Below are positions 49,410 to 62,644 of a stretch of DNA of 63,955 nucleotides, piece by piece. Both the position numbers and the translations under genes were made by a program. Location of the stretch: the NCBI RefSeq assembly GCF_006345805.1, contig NC_043018.1:15872001-15935955 (forward strand). The letters run 5' to 3'. Below the pieces are notes generated by a model that did not search any database, was not told where the DNA came from, and was given only the letters and a program-made list of their open reading frames with translations. Source of the stretch: Octopus sinensis. Lineage: Eukaryota. The stretch's first letter is position 1. Every line of letters begins with the position of its first letter.

Positions 49410-49790
49410 TGGTAGAACTTGAGACAATCCAGCGTCAATACACGAAGAAGATTGACAGATGAGCTACGAGAGAGGGCTAAAGGAAATGAAGCTTTACTCT
49501 CAAGTGAGAAGGTGTGAAAGATATGCAGTGATATGGAAGATCCTGGAAGGTCTTGCACCCAACTTTGGAATTGAAAGCTATACCAACCATCGAACTGGAC
49601 GGCACTGCACAGTACCAAAGACGCCGTCTTTTCTATCTTGAATTAGGACTCGAGTCTGTACCAGTTTAGGGCCTAAGGGATCACAATTGTTCAATATTCT
49701 ATCAAACAATTTCTGTGATTTGTGAGTAGATGTGGTGGTCTTCAAAGGTCGACTGAACAAATTTCCGAGACACCAGCACGGAAACCAGCA
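49410..49790 (+). mobile_element. CR1-group LINE ORF2 C-terminal fragment
   Basis: ELETIQRQYTKKI...SYERGLKEMKLYSQVRRCERYAVIWKILEGLAPNFGIESYTNHRTGRHC. Confidence 0.75.
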
Positions 49791-51061
49791 AAACGTAAGC
49801 GATAAAAGATGTTATCTTATATATGATTGCATATGGAAATGTATTTGTGTATATAAGTCATATTATATAATTGTACCACCACCTAACGACTTGCCTAAAG
49901 GGAGTAAAATGTTTAAATTGTGTGGCTCATTATTTATCAATGCTGTAGCAGTTATTTCGTTCCGCTCGGAAAATATTTCTAAAACAGCTATAAATTCTAG
50001 TTTTCCCGAAAGAAAATAGTATATCAACTGCATGAAAATATATGTCTCGTGACATTAAGATGCACAATTCGAAAATATTGCGGCTAATCATGCAATTGCG
50101 AACTATGGAGCTTTCATGCCTGAAAATCCAATTCAAAGAGAGAATTATTCCATATCGATCTGCCAACTTTCTCAGTAATACATCAACTTCCATAGGACTT
50201 ACAAAATACCCCTTCAAAAAAATATCGGCTGCGCAAATACAACAGTTCGTTCTATCACCAAGGGGGTGATAGAACGTTAGATAGTGTATGGAAGCCTGTT
50301 TTATTCTTTACTTTGTATCAAATATGTCTGAAGTGGAACAGTCAAACTGCACAATTCTCTTCATAATTTCTTTAAATGAGACGACTAGCTTGATCCATCT
50401 CCGTCGTCATCTTTATGCAGCTATTCAAAATGGCCTTACCTGTTGATCATATCAAATAATTTTACTAAGTTTACAGAAAAAGTGTGAAGAGCCTTCTCCC
50501 ATTCAGAATACTATGGCCGTAGTAAATCAAATAAACCTGAATTCACTTTGACTGTTGGTGCTACACTTTACATCTTACTATTCAGGTGATAACATTTCAA
50601 TAATACCATAGTGTATATATGCAGTGATACTGTACTCTGCATTCTGGCATCCACTCTATCTTTCCTTTTTTTAAATTAGAAGTCATGATTTTCTGTTGTT
50701 ATGTTTCATCACTACACTATTATAAAAGGAGAAATTAAAATAAAATATACATATATATTATATATATATATATATATTAGATTATAATATTATTACATAT
50801 AGATACATGAACTTAAAACATGTAAGATATATTTATTATTTGTGTTTCTGTATAAATGCGCATATTTTGTTGCGTCTAAATGTCTCCGCATGAACAGCTG
50901 GCATTGTTCCCCTTGGTTTCCGTATTCAGCAGTCCAGCATTACTCCTCCTGTCCAGGGATATGAAAAAATAACAGATTAAACTTACACAACACACACACA
51001 CACACACACACACACACCACACACACACACCATATGTATATATATATATATAAATATATAT

Positions 51062-51238
51062 AAGGAGTTTACGAAAAAAACAAAAGACGAAGACAGGTGG
51101 TGTACAAAACAAACAAATGTATTAGTATAATACTCAGGATAGAAAAAGTCTTTTATGTTTCGAGCCTACGCTCTTCTACAGAAAGGGACACAGAAAATAC
51201 AAGGAGAGAAACAAGGAGAGAAAAAAGGATAGAAAAAA
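51062..51238 (-). mobile_element. Short Penelope-pLTR-like fragment carrying the second hammerhead-like motif
   Basis: About 175 bp of non-microsatellite sequence between (TA)n tracts, containing the motif above; no ORF. Confidence 0.4.
51148..51188 (-). ncRNA. Minimal hammerhead-like motif with variant core
   Basis: Minus strand reads CTTT-CTGTAGAA-GAGC-gtag-GCTC-GAAAC-ATA-AAAG. Stem II is a perfect 4-bp hairpin and stem I is CTTT/AAAG. Departures from consensus: U at position 6, an extra A after A9, and ATA in place of GTA. Confidence 0.5.
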
Positions 51239-51601
51239 TATATATATACATACATCGATCATTTTACATCTGCCAACTCGCCATTTTCACCAGTAGGCTT
51301 AAGGCTGACACCCTTACCCACAATACGCTGCCTATATATTTTTTACTTTCTTAATGAATTGGTTTTATTGATTTTAGTCCCTGTTGTCTGTGTTTGTTTT
51401 AGATTGTAAACACCATTATAGGAGATTTGTCTGTGTCTTCCTGAGATAAGTCAAAAAATAATTTTTTGTGTGTTTTTCTTTTTTTTTAAATTTCCTTGTA
51501 ATTTTTTACTACATACATCAAACTATTCTGAATGTGTATGTGTATGTGTATGGGCATACATCTGTTTAGATTGTACCCCACTTAAATACATACGTTTATA
51601 G

Positions 51602-51638
<37 letters not shown>

Positions 51639-51642
51639 CATA

Positions 51643-52090
51643 TATAGGCGTAGGAGTGGCTATAGGCGTAGGAGTGGCTATAGGCGTAGGAGTGGCTGTG
51701 TGGTAAGTAGCTTGCTTACCAACCACATGGTTCCGGGTTTAGTCCCACTGCGTGGCACCTTGGGCAAGTGTCTTCCACTATAGCCTCGGGCCGACCAAAG
51801 CCTTGTGAGTAGATTTGGTAGACGGAAACTGAAAGAAGCCCGTTGTATATATATATATGTATATATATATATATGCGTGTGCGTGTTTGTGTGTCTGTGT
51901 TTGTCCTCCCAACATCGCTTGACAACCGATGCTGGTGTGTTTACGTCCCCGTCACTTAGCGGTTCGGCAAAAGAGACCGATAGAATAAGTACTGGGCTTA
52001 CAAAGAATAAGTCCTGGGGTCGATTTGCTCGACTAAAGGCGGTGCTTCAGCATGGCCACAGTCAAATGACTGAAACAGGTAAAAGAGTAA
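51643..52090 (+). mobile_element. SINE family B, bipartite (tRNA-like head module, internal (TA)/(TG) microsatellite, tail module)
   Basis: Head ggcgtaggagtggctgtgtggtaag...ggtttagtccc...aagaagcccg, then a microsatellite, then a tail ending cagcatggccacagtcaaatgactgaaacaggtaaaag. Confidence 0.8.
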
Positions 52091-52534
52091 AGAGTAAAGA
52101 GTATATATATATAAATGTGTGTGTGTATGTAAATAAAAGAGATAGGGAAAGCCGTCGAGTACCACAATTGTTTCAAAAGCACATAGAATGAATCTTACAC
52201 TTCATATTACTAATGAGTATTCCGTCGCCGTCTGGTGTACTTTCCATTGAGGTACTTAACGATATTTCAGTTGAAAATGTCGTACATAGCTGAGTAGAAT
52301 TCTCACACCTGAGAGTCACGGGATACTCGTGTTATCACGAACTAAACATTCGTAATATCGCGGATGAAGTAACTGTAGCAATTGATGATTTCTTCATCCC
52401 TTTTTGTTTGCAAATTTGTTGATTGCATTAAAAGAAGCGGGTTTTTTTTGCTTTCGAAATCGAGTCGCAGAGCTCTCGTCATCGGAGTTTTCTGTCTGAT
52501 ATCGATACGGAGCGAAGTGTACTTTTTGCTTATA

Positions 52535-52801
52535 CTCTTTTATTTGTTTCAGTCATTCGACTGTGACCATGCTGGAGCACCGGCTTCAGTCGAGCAAATC
52601 GAACCCAGGACTTATTCTTTGTAAGCCTAGTACTTATTCTATCGGTCTCTTTTTGCTGAACTGCTAAGTGACGGGGACGTAAACACACCAGCATCAGTTG
52701 TCAAGCGATGTTGGGAGGACAAACACAGACACACAAACATATATACATACATATATATATATGCATATATATATATATATAATATATGTATATATTATAT
52801 A

Positions 52802-52883
<82 letters not shown>

Positions 52884-52902
52884 ATATATATATATATTAT
52901 AT

Positions 52903-52939
<37 letters not shown>

Positions 52940-52950
52940 ATACGACGGGC
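52535..52950 (-). mobile_element. SINE family B tail + microsatellite, truncated at the start of the head module
   Basis: Tail 52535-52740. The only head remnant is acgacgggct (about 52942-52951), which runs directly into LINE sequence. Confidence 0.65.
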
Positions 52951-53125
52951 TATGTGGGGTATGAAGGTAAAAAGATAACAATAATAATTGAGCATTAGGC
53001 TTGATAAAAAAAGCATGAACAAAAACATGGAAGCTATATATGGATCCTCAACACTACAAACTCTCCAGAAAATAGCCCTGCTACGAACAGCCCACATCCT
53101 ATGCAAGACACTATCAATCCAATAA
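52945..53125 (+). mobile_element. R4/Dong-like (restriction-like endonuclease) LINE, ORF C-terminus, frameshifted
   Basis: RAMWGMKVK...[43 protein letters not shown]. Confidence 0.65.
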
Positions 53126-53144
53126 TACAACATCAACAAAAGTC

Positions 53145-53520
53145 TATATCTACTCTAACTCCCCGCAGCATTCTGCTGATATTAACCCTCTTCCTCCTTC
53201 CTTTATAGGTAGGTATAATCTAGCTACTCCTGCCCTTGGGTGGAGTCCTCCATTCATATTGAACTCTTTCCTACTTCTTCTGTCTAGCTTTGCTAATTCA
53301 GTTTTTGTCCAATCTACGAAAGCTGCTGAGTACCTGAGTAATGATGCTGCCCAAGTATTTACAGCCTTCACTAGAATCGGACCATTTAGCCTTGGCTTCA
53401 GTAGTTTCCACACCATTTTGGTGTACTCCTTTTCAATTTTCGTATTTATTTCTGTAGTTACTACTCTGTCAGATTCTAATACTCCAAGGTACTTATAACG
53501 CTCTCCCCCTTTCAAGCGTC
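53145..53520 (-). mobile_element. R4/Dong-like LINE, post-RT (thumb) fragment
   Basis: YKYLGVLE...RLNGPILVKAVNTWAASLLRYSA...LDRRSRK...GGLHPRAGVARLYLPIKEGGRGLIS. Confidence 0.8.
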
Positions 53521-54325
53521 TAGAAACATTCTTGGGAACATCTCGCACTTTAGTACTAGTGGGGGACTGGAATAGTATTTTGAATGCACGGAGGGACTGT
53601 ATGGGTTCATACGTAGTAGAATATGGTGCAAAAGCCTCGAAAACTTGCCCGGGACTTCCCAGCTTTCTGACACGTACCGACTGGATTTCTCTGATGTGCC
53701 AGTGTAGCCATGGAGCTACCACAGCAGGTCATCCTTATCGTACTTAGAGTATTTGTAAGGTCAGAAGAGAGAGATATTATAAGTTGTTCACAATTTAAAT
53801 TGGTCGGCTACACAGATCGCAAATTTGTGATGTAGTCAGTTGATTTTGATAGGACCCGGTTTAGATAGCCAGTCGACTTAGATAGACAGAGACACGGTTC
53901 CTGGAAGTTGAATGTATCTTTACCGGCTCGCAAAGATTACGGGGACCGGATTAACGAACTAATTAAGCGGCAGTTGACGAAGGCTATCGCCAACAACAGG
54001 TGGTAGATCGCTTTGAAGAGAGCGATTAGAATAGAATCGATAGCGTTTAGCAAAGGTCTGGCAATTGAAAGAAATAGATTAGAGGGAGTTGGCAAATTAG
54101 AAGAGGCCATTAGTCGCGACCGACGTGTTAGCGGCGACAATGGCCCTTGATCTTTTCTTTGATGTGAAATACGAAGGGTACGTTGTCAGAGCTAAGGTCC
54201 ATGCACCAAAACATGAAGGAACTTAAACCGTCCGAGGGTAGAAACAAAACCACGATCAAGTCCTTGACGGACCAAGACGGACGCGTGCTACTCGGTTATG
54301 AGCAGATGTGTGCGGTATTTGCAAT
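53520..54325 (+). mobile_element. L1/Tx1-like LINE, AP-endonuclease and linker fragment, degenerate
   Basis: LVLVGDWNSILN (GDFN motif), RVFVR...YTDRK (SDH-like), HGSWKLNVSL and W*IALKRAI, with stops and frameshifts. Confidence 0.7.
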
Positions 54326-54329
54326 TTAT

Positions 54330-54367
54330 CATTATTATTATTTATTTGCAATTTATTATTATTCATT

Positions 54368-54398
<31 letters not shown>

Positions 54399-54422
54399 AT
54401 ATTATTATTATTATTATTATTA

Positions 54423-54467
<45 letters not shown>

Positions 54468-54543
54468 GATAGATAAATAGATAGATAGATAGATGGATGG
54501 ATGGATGGATGGATGGATGGATGGATGGATGGATGGATGGATG

Positions 54544-54582
<39 letters not shown>

Positions 54583-54923
54583 GGAGAGATAGATAGATGG
54601 ATGCACACCATCACGAAAGCATGCATTCACGCATGCATAAATTGCTGCACACACGTTCCATTTATGGACGACTGTGCAGTATTAAAGACGTACCTAAAAA
54701 TAGACACAAACACACGCATGCATAACACACACACACACACACACACACGCATAGGCTTGGGATGCGGGAAGCAAGTCTTAGGCCCGCCACCCTGTAATTC
54801 ATACTCCGACTACTCCCCAACCATTACAGTAATGCTCTTAAACGTAACTTCGATTGCCATTTTGTTATGTTCTAATCTGGCTTCGACTTTGCCACGACTT
54901 TTCCTTTTTCTTCCCTTCACACA

Positions 54924-54960
<37 letters not shown>

Positions 54961-55060
54961 TCTCTCTCTCTCTCTCTCTCTTTCACCTCACTCCATTATA
55001 CACACACACATACATCCATGCAGGCACTTACACATCACGTCTTATATTTCTCTCTCTAAT

Positions 55061-55106
<46 letters not shown>

Positions 55107-55192
55107 ATCTATTCTATCTATCTATCTTCTATCTCTCTATATCATCTCTCTATCTATCTATCATCTCTCTATCTATCTATCTATCTATCTAG

Positions 55193-55225
<33 letters not shown>

Positions 55226-55256
55226 AATCTCTCTATCATCTATCTATCTATCTATC

Positions 55257-55291
<35 letters not shown>

Positions 55292-55690
55292 AATCTCTCT
55301 ATTTATCTATCTATTATCTATCTATCTCTCTATCTATCGATCTGTCATCTATCTATCTATCTATTTTCTATTTATCTATCTATCTATCTATCAAGCTCTC
55401 TATCTACCTATCTATCTATCTATCTATCTATTTATCTATCTATCTTTCCCTCTCCCTCTGCCTACATCTCCCTCTGCCTACCTCTCCCTCTCCCTCTCCG
55501 TCTAAAATGAGTTATTTCGCTCTATCCGTTTTCCATAAAAGATCTGCTCATCTCCCTCTTACACTCATTTCCTTACTCTCTCACTACCATATATGTATGT
55601 CTTATATATATATATATCACTCCAGCGTTCTATCTATCTGTTTATTTATTTGTTGTTCTGTCTGTCTGTCGGTTTGTTTCCATGTATGCA

Positions 55691-55726
<36 letters not shown>

Positions 55727-57027
55727 TGTATGTATGTATTGTGTATGTTATGTATGTATGTATATATATGTATATCTGATGTGTGTATGTATGTGTATGT
55801 GTGTATGTATGTGTGTGTGTATGTATGTATGTATGTATGTATGTACGTATGTATGCATGTATGTATGTATGTATGTGTGTATGCATATATGTATGTATGT
55901 ATGTATGTATGTAGGTATGTATGTAGTATTACGTACGTACGTATTTACGTATGTATGTATGCATGCATGTATGTATGTAAGTATGTATGTATGTACGTAT
56001 GTATGAATGTGTGTATGTATGTATGTATGTATGTATGTATGTGCGTATGTATGTGTGTATGATGTATGTAATATATGTAGGTGTGTTGTATGTATGTATT
56101 GAATCTTGTTTCTTTTTATATGAGTATATATGTGCGTATGTATATATGTACGTACGTATGTATATATGTACGTATGAATGTATGTATGTATGTATGTATA
56201 TATGTATATAGTATGTATATATGTATGTATGTATGTATGTGTGTGTGTATGTATGTATGTATGTGTGTGTGTATGTATGTATGTATGTATGTATGTACGT
56301 ATGTATGCATGTATGTATGTATGTATGTGTGTATGCATATATGTATGTATGTATGTATGTATGTAGGTATGTATGTATGTATGTACGTACGTACGTATTT
56401 ACGTATGTATGTATGCATGCATGTATGTATGTAAGTATGTATGTATGTACGTATGTATGAATGTGTGTATGTATGTATGTATGTATGTATGTATGTATGT
56501 GCGTATGTATGTGTGTATGTATGTATGTATATATGTAGGTATGTTTGTATGTATGTATGTATTGAATCTTGTTTCTTTTTTATTATGAGTATATATGTGC
56601 GTATGTATATATGTACGTACGTATGTATATATGTACGTATGAATGTATGTATGTATGTATGTATATATGTATATATGTATGTATGTGTGTGTGTGTGCGT
56701 CCGTGCGTGCGTGCGTATGTGTGTATGTGGTGGGGGGTGCAAGCATATATGCGTAATTCCATGTATGAAGAAGACGGGGACAGGAATCAGCAGTGAAAAC
56801 GTATCACAAATTTATGCCCATGTTTTAAATATTCCATGAATACTTTTAGCTCCTCTTATACGAAAAAAATCATCTGTGTACGTGGGCGCAGCGGCGTGTA
56901 TGTGTGTGTTTGTGTGATGGCTGGTGTGTGAGTGTTTGTGTCTGTACTTGTGACCTCACCTACGCTTGGCAACGTGTGTTAGTTTCTTTATGTCACCGTA
57001 ATGTAGCTGTTCGGGAAAAGATACAGG

Positions 57028-57068
<41 letters not shown>

Positions 57069-57252
57069 GAGGATGGATAGATAGATAGATAGATAGATAG
57101 ATAGAGAGAGAGAAAGATGGATAGATAGATAGAGAGAGAGAGAGAGAAAGAGAGGGACGGATAGATATATATAGATAGATAGATAGATAGATAGAGAGAT
57201 AGAGAGAGAGAGAGAGATAGAGAGAGAGAGGGGGAGAGGGATGGATAGATAG

Positions 57253-57290
<38 letters not shown>

Positions 57291-57371
57291 GATGGATAGA
57301 TAGATAGATAGATAGAGAGAAAGATGGATAGATAGATAGAGAGAGAGAAAGAGAGGGATGGATAGATATAT

Positions 57372-57407
<36 letters not shown>

Positions 57408-57408
57408 T

Positions 57409-57464
<56 letters not shown>

Positions 57465-57537
57465 AGACATAGAGAGAGAGGGGGGAGAGGATGGATAGAT
57501 GATAGATAGATAGATAGCTAGAGAGGAGAGAAAGATG

Positions 57538-57570
<33 letters not shown>

Positions 57571-57759
57571 GAGAAAGATCGGAAAGGGACGGATTATAGA
57601 TATATATAGTACGGATGATATAATAGATAGATGATAGAGAGAGGATAGAGAGAGGAGAGAGAGGGAGAGGGGGGAGAGGGATGGATAGAAGATAGATAGA
57701 TAGAGAGAGGAGAGAGAGAGATGGATAGATAGATAGATAGATAGATAGAGAGAAAGATG

Positions 57760-57793
<34 letters not shown>

Positions 57794-57817
57794 AAGGAGA
57801 GGGATGGATAGATAGAT

Positions 57818-57849
<32 letters not shown>

Positions 57850-57850
57850 T

Positions 57851-57886
<36 letters not shown>

Positions 57887-57930
57887 GAGAGAGAGGAGAG
57901 AGACATAGAGAGAGAGGGGGGAGAGGGATG

Positions 57931-57968
<38 letters not shown>

Positions 57969-58114
57969 GAAGATAGAGAGAGAGAGGTGGATGGATAGAT
58001 AGATAGATACATACATACATACATGCATACATACGTACGTACATACATACGTACGTACATACATAGGCAGGCAGGAAGGCAGCCAGACAGACAAACAGAC
58101 AGACAGATAGATAG

Positions 58115-58161
<47 letters not shown>

Positions 58162-58360
58162 TAGATAGATAAATAGATAGACGGACGGACGGACGGATGG
58201 ATGGCTGAACGGACGGCCGAACGAACGGACTGACGGATGGATGGATGATGGATGGATGGATGGATGGTGGATGGATGGATGGATGGATGGATGGATGGAC
58301 GGACGGACGGACGGACGGATGGATGGATGGATGGATGGATGGATGGATGGATGGATTGCC
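54330..58360. repeat. ~4-kb compound microsatellite field ((ATT)n, (GATA)n, (GGAT)n, (ATGT)n, (GA)n) with internal duplications
   Basis: Direct inspection; the unique spacer gtattgaatcttgtttctttt recurs at about 56097 and 56560. Confidence 0.9.
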
Positions 58361-59846
58361 TTGCAAAGTGTGTCTGCTGGTGTATGTAAATAATTCTTCA
58401 TGCAATGAGTAATACTGAAGTCAGTATATGTATGCAGTATATGTATATGTATGCAATTTAACTAAAGGTTGAATCATATGTACGGGAGATTTTGTTTTGT
58501 TTTGTTTATGGGAAAAATAGAAAAATAAGAGTGAATATTTATTTCATGAGAGCTGTGTATCAAGTCTATAAAATCGTGCCTAAATATATAAGGTGTATAT
58601 ATAGAATGCGTAAGGTAATCATCATATTCCAATTTCTTTCACTTTTCAAGAAGTAGCAGATGAGCGACTGTCTTTCTAAACAGACTCAACACAGATTATG
58701 TCTTCAGGTTTTCTGGATAAAGTTTTCAGAAATAACCCAACATTAATTCCGTGAAATATTCGCGAGTCCCGCTAATATATAATAATTTTATCTGCATGAA
58801 TTTTTCACACAAACAAGATATTTCTTCGGACGCTATAACAATTGCACCAATTCATTCCCCACCCACCATAGATGGTATTTTATTTTATTGACTGTGGAAG
58901 TATAAAAATAAAACGAACTTCATCGAGATTTGAACTCAGAGTACGGAAAACCCAAACAAATACCGCAAGTAATTTTTTGCTACGCTCAAACAGCTCTCTC
59001 ACGTTACGGTTTCTCGAAATGAATGCGAACTGTCTGTGCCTTTGTCTACGTTGTGTTGTCTCTGGATACGTTCACCTTAGTATTCTATAAAGATACAAAC
59101 TAGTATAGAAATATGTGAATTAATAGAAGAAAGGAAATTGAAGGAGAAGGGAAAGAGTTATGTGATAGAAATACATAAAAATGGAAATCATTTGAATGAA
59201 AGAAAATACTGTGAGAACGATGAGTTTTATTGAAATCGGAAACAGAAAAAATAATAAAAATTAATAAAAAATATTTGCATAAATAATTAAAATATGAGAA
59301 AAAAGAGCTCGTAGGAATTTGAAAACTGGAAATTTTCATCAAAATTCTCCCAAATCAATGAGGATTTTGAAATTAGTATAGTTTTTTGGAAGCGGTAAAT
59401 TTTGGAAAAGAGACACGTGGTGCAGTTTATTATGTTTGTTTTCTTTTGTTTTTTTTTAGAGTTGCTAAGGAATAAATACTTACAACATAAACTAGCAGAT
59501 TTGGAATTATTGAAGGAAAAGGAGATTTGTGTTGGAAAATTGGAAAAAAAAAAAATGTTTGTTATAAGAATATTTCGGTGCAGAGGAAAATGGAATGAAA
59601 CAAACGTTGAAACAGAACAGAATAAAGTATAAAGATCAATAACAAATATTATTTATTTCAGAAAGGAAAGTGGAAGATAATGCATTAATTATTATTTCTT
59701 TCATGTGAGACACGGATTATTGAGTGGTTACTGGGATAGAAATATTCCATTCAAGTGAAGGAAAATAATTCAGCCTTCAATAATATTTCTAAAACCTCCA
59801 GGTAAATGCTCTTTAAACGTTTAACTACGCAAATTTCTAAAATCCT

Positions 59847-59879
<33 letters not shown>

Positions 59880-59886
59880 TATATAA

Positions 59887-59932
<46 letters not shown>

Positions 59933-60530
59933 TTGGTTGGAAAATAAATACACAAATACATAAGAACCACGGAAATATCAAAATGTTCTCTTTTTTTTTT
60001 GGTCTTTTTGTTTCTCTTTTTTTTTTTTTTTCATTCCTAAATACAGACATTCAGAAAGCAAAAAGATTTGAAGCGAAATCTTTAGTTCACAGAAAAATAT
60101 GAAAAGTTAACGGTCTTTAAATGTCAATTCCTTCTTTTATAAATAAAAAATATTCAAGATACAAGGAGAAGGTGAAGCGCCGGATAAAAGACATTAGGAT
60201 ATATGTTGCAGTAATCTGCGTTCTGAGTTCGAATTCCACCAAAGTCAACTTCGTCTTTCTGCCCATCCAGAGTCAATAGAAAAACGTACCAGCGCAATGG
60301 TGATGTAACCGTATCTTCCACTCGCTGTAACATTTTTTATATTTCGGCTAGAGTTAGGGTGGTAGGGCTATGAATAAATATGGGTTTCTTTCACTACATG
60401 GGGACCTAAAGCAATTAGTGAAGGTATGATACCAGCTATTATTGTACCATGCTTCCAAAGAGACAGCAACACTATAGACAGACAGACGGACAGACAAACA
60501 GACAGACTGACAGATAGGTAGGTAGATAGC

Positions 60531-60566
<36 letters not shown>

Positions 60567-60600
60567 TAGACAGACGAACAGACAGGTTGACATATAGATG

Positions 60601-60657
<57 letters not shown>

Positions 60658-60669
60658 GTAGATAGATAG

Positions 60670-61045
60670 ATACCAGGAACGGTTGAAAACGTTAAGACTG
60701 TATTTCCTGAAACGAAGGTGGGAAAGATATACAGTGGTATACATGGAAAATCCTGGAAGAACTTTTACCAAACTTTGCCATTGACAGTTACACAAACGCC
60801 AGAACGGGGCGCCACTGCATAGTGACAAAGATCCCAATATCACCATCAAGATACAGGACCAGATTCTGCAACAGCTTGGATTTCAAGGGCCCGCAGCACT
60901 TCAATATTTCTCCCCCAAAATCTGAGGTGAATGTGGGTGTCTTCAAAACAAAACTGAGTCTCCTTTTGTCAAGAGTTTCGCATGAACCTAGCACGAGGGA
61001 GAATACGTAAATGAGGGTAGCAACTCCATCCTTCACCAAATACCA
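60670..61045 (+). mobile_element. CR1-group LINE ORF2 C-terminal fragment, related to 43950 and 49410
   Basis: WKILEELLPNFAIDSYTNARTGRHCIVTKIPISPSRYRTRFCNSLDFKGPQHFNI...VFKTKLSLLLSRVSHEP. Confidence 0.75.
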
Positions 61046-61051
61046 CATAAC

Positions 61052-61171
61052 ATATAGAGATTCGAAGAAAGTCGCAGCAGCAGCAGCAGCAGTAGTAGTA
61101 GTGGTAGTAGTAGTGGTAGTAGTAGTAATAGTAGTAGTAGTAGTAGTAGCAGCAGCAGCAGCAGTGGCAGC

Positions 61172-61216
<45 letters not shown>

Positions 61217-61342
61217 GGTAGTAGTAGTAGTAGTATTAGTAGTGGTAGTAGTAGCAGCAGCAGTGGCAGTAGTAGTAGTAGTAGTAGTAGTAGTAGTTGT
61301 TATAGTAGTAGTAGTAGTAGTTGTAGTAGTAGTAGTAGTAGT
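61052..61342. repeat. (GTA)/(GCA) trinucleotide array
   Basis: Direct inspection. Confidence 0.95.
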
Positions 61343-62644
61343 AAAAGGTTATATATTTACTAAAAACACAGACCGTTTAACGTTTCTCTTAATTAATTAA
61401 CGTTGCCAACAATTCCACTGTTATGTTAATTTACGAACGCTAATTTACTTAGAAACAAATTTGTGTATTCTATAAATAGGCCTTCACTACCCCGCACTTG
61501 ATAGCCAGGAAAACGAGGAATCGATCTTTAATGGAGTGGGATAAAAAATTTTAAAAATTACCAGAATCACCATTCTCCTGACCTGTTTCTGAACAGGGGG
61601 AGGAAATGATGGTGTTTATCTACAGATTCTAAAGTTCACAACGAGGCTAAATATTAAAGGCGTACATACGACACGCACCAGATGTCGACGATGTTTAGGC
61701 AATATTTTATCGATCCGTATTTACTCGCATTCTAAAACGAAGTGTTTTCATTTGTTTATTATGATTCGTAAATGCCAAACTATACCTTGGACTCTCAGTG
61801 TTGCGACACACGGAGGGCCTTAGGCATTTTAGATTCGGCAGAGGCCATCTTTCTCGAGATCTTACCAGAGTCAATTTCATCCTGAGAGAGAGCGGGGAAG
61901 GAGGATGCCGAGTTAAAAAAAACAGAATTCTAAAAGGAAAAGAATCTATCCAATTGCAGTACTTTATGTATCGACCCCAAAAGGATGAAACCCAAGAGCA
62001 TCCAATAAAAAATAAATTTTAAAACATATCTATTTTAAGAATTTAATGTTCGTTAAATGCACTGATCCCCCAAATAAATATTTTTCGTTCGACCAATTTT
62101 CTACTTTATATGACAACAAAAAAATTATAATTTGGCATAGTTAATTGGCGTAAAAAAAAATCAATAAACAATAATCAAAAAACATTAAAATATATCAAAA
62201 TTTGATAAACTAATGGAAGTGGATATTAAAAATTTATAGCCGCTAATTTTATTATATGTAAAATGTTATATTTTTACGCGATCTTTCAAATTATAATTTG
62301 CATTTGAACCTAACTTCAACCAAGAACTTCCAAATACCTTTTGAATATGTATAAACATTTTATTAAAATGGTTTTTGATTTTGACAATATATTATTTATT
62401 TTAGCATCGCTGTTTACTATTATTCTTGTAAATGTTCTATGTCCTTTACTACTCTTCTCGTGATCATCCGGTCTGGACACGACAAGGGCAGCAAAGAACG
62501 AAACTAAGAGGTACATCGAACGCATCTCCAGGCTGGACAAATGGAGGACTGATTTACCATTGTAGCGTTAAGAGCATGTTAGACCTGACCTAAGAAGAGA
62601 CTCGAGGTGTGGTTAAGCTGACCATCTGAAACTTGCTCTGTCGT

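Noticed and set aside
49880-50620. Second repeat-free island, including a 12-bp hairpin at 50248-50276
   Set aside because: Stop density is not clearly below chance, no motif was recognised, and the hairpin is too short to interpret.
57518-58405. 295-aa and 183-aa ORFs
   Set aside because: Translations of the (GATA)/(GGAT)/(GA) arrays.
61011-61400. Poly-Val/Ala ORF resembling a membrane protein
   Set aside because: (GTA)/(GCA) microsatellite.
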